DNA from: Octopus vulgaris
Lineage: Eukaryota
NCBI GenBank assembly: GCA_951406725.2
Contig: OX597814.1
Location: forward strand, 64,666,001-64,730,000
DNA: 64,000 nucleotides
Direction of reading: 5' to 3'
Below the pieces are notes generated by a model. It made no database searches. It worked only from the letters and a program-made list of their open reading frames with translations, and was not told the DNA's origin. Position 1 is the stretch's first letter. Each line of letters opens with the position of its first letter. This document shows positions 63,436-64,000 of this stretch, piece by piece. Both the position numbers and the translations under genes were made by a program.

Positions 63436-64000
63436 CTAAGAAAAAGTGTATTTTTCTACTCCGGGGTAAACGAGTTGGATGCACAAATACGTCTAAGGCT
63501 TCACCAAATGAAACATAAAAAATGTTTCTTTTTACATGAATAAAGTAATAAAAAAAAGCAAAAAATTCTAGGAGAGCGAAATTAATACCTTCGCTCCAAC
63601 AAAAGACATCTGCAACAATTAATATAATATATTTTCTGATTTAGTCACAAAGTAAGCAATTTCAATGGCGAAGATTAGCTGATTACACTTGATCACCAAC
63701 CACCACCATCACCACTTTATTTTATCGACTACAAGAGGATAAAAAGCCATGTTAACCTCTGTAGAATTTGACTTCGGAACATAAAAAGAAGGAGGAAAAG
63801 CACTGCAAGAGAATTTTGAAAGCACCCCTAACAATTCAGCCAAACCTCTACCCAAATTATGATAATTTTAATAACATATGTAATGGCGACACATTGGCAG
63901 AGTTATTATAGCGTCGGAGAGACATTTGTATCGACTTTCCGATGTCTAGTTTCAAATACTGCTACCGCACACTTTAAAAAGGAGGCAACGAGGTAGCAAA

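Overview
Eukaryotic, AT-rich and microsatellite-dense DNA with no confident host gene; the SINE and LINE content suggests an octopus or other cephalopod (inference). Most short ORFs in the track are microsatellite or antisense artefacts. The main feature is an apparently intact, young Penelope-like retroelement (PLE, 10773-16825) inserted in a (TA)n tract. It has a 1.58-kb inverted 5' copy, tandem pseudo-LTRs (pLTRs), three copies of a minimal hammerhead ribozyme, and two overlapping ORFs: a 430-aa coiled-coil/basic ORF1 and an RT + GIY-YIG ORF2 in the -1 frame. A U_UUU_UUU slippery heptamer lies near the start of the overlap, a candidate programmed -1 ribosomal frameshift. The many fold-back and partial-tandem elements beside (TA)n tracts carry about 11 unrelated type I hammerhead families (about 19 copies, several decayed). 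These include a G3-C8 compensatory core variant and two ORF-less ~290/~500-nt units resembling retrozymes. The rest is Dong/R4-, Tx1-, CR1- and RTE-like LINE fragments, mariner/Tc1 remnants and three tRNA-derived SINE families. All coordinates and structures were read by eye; element edges are approximate.
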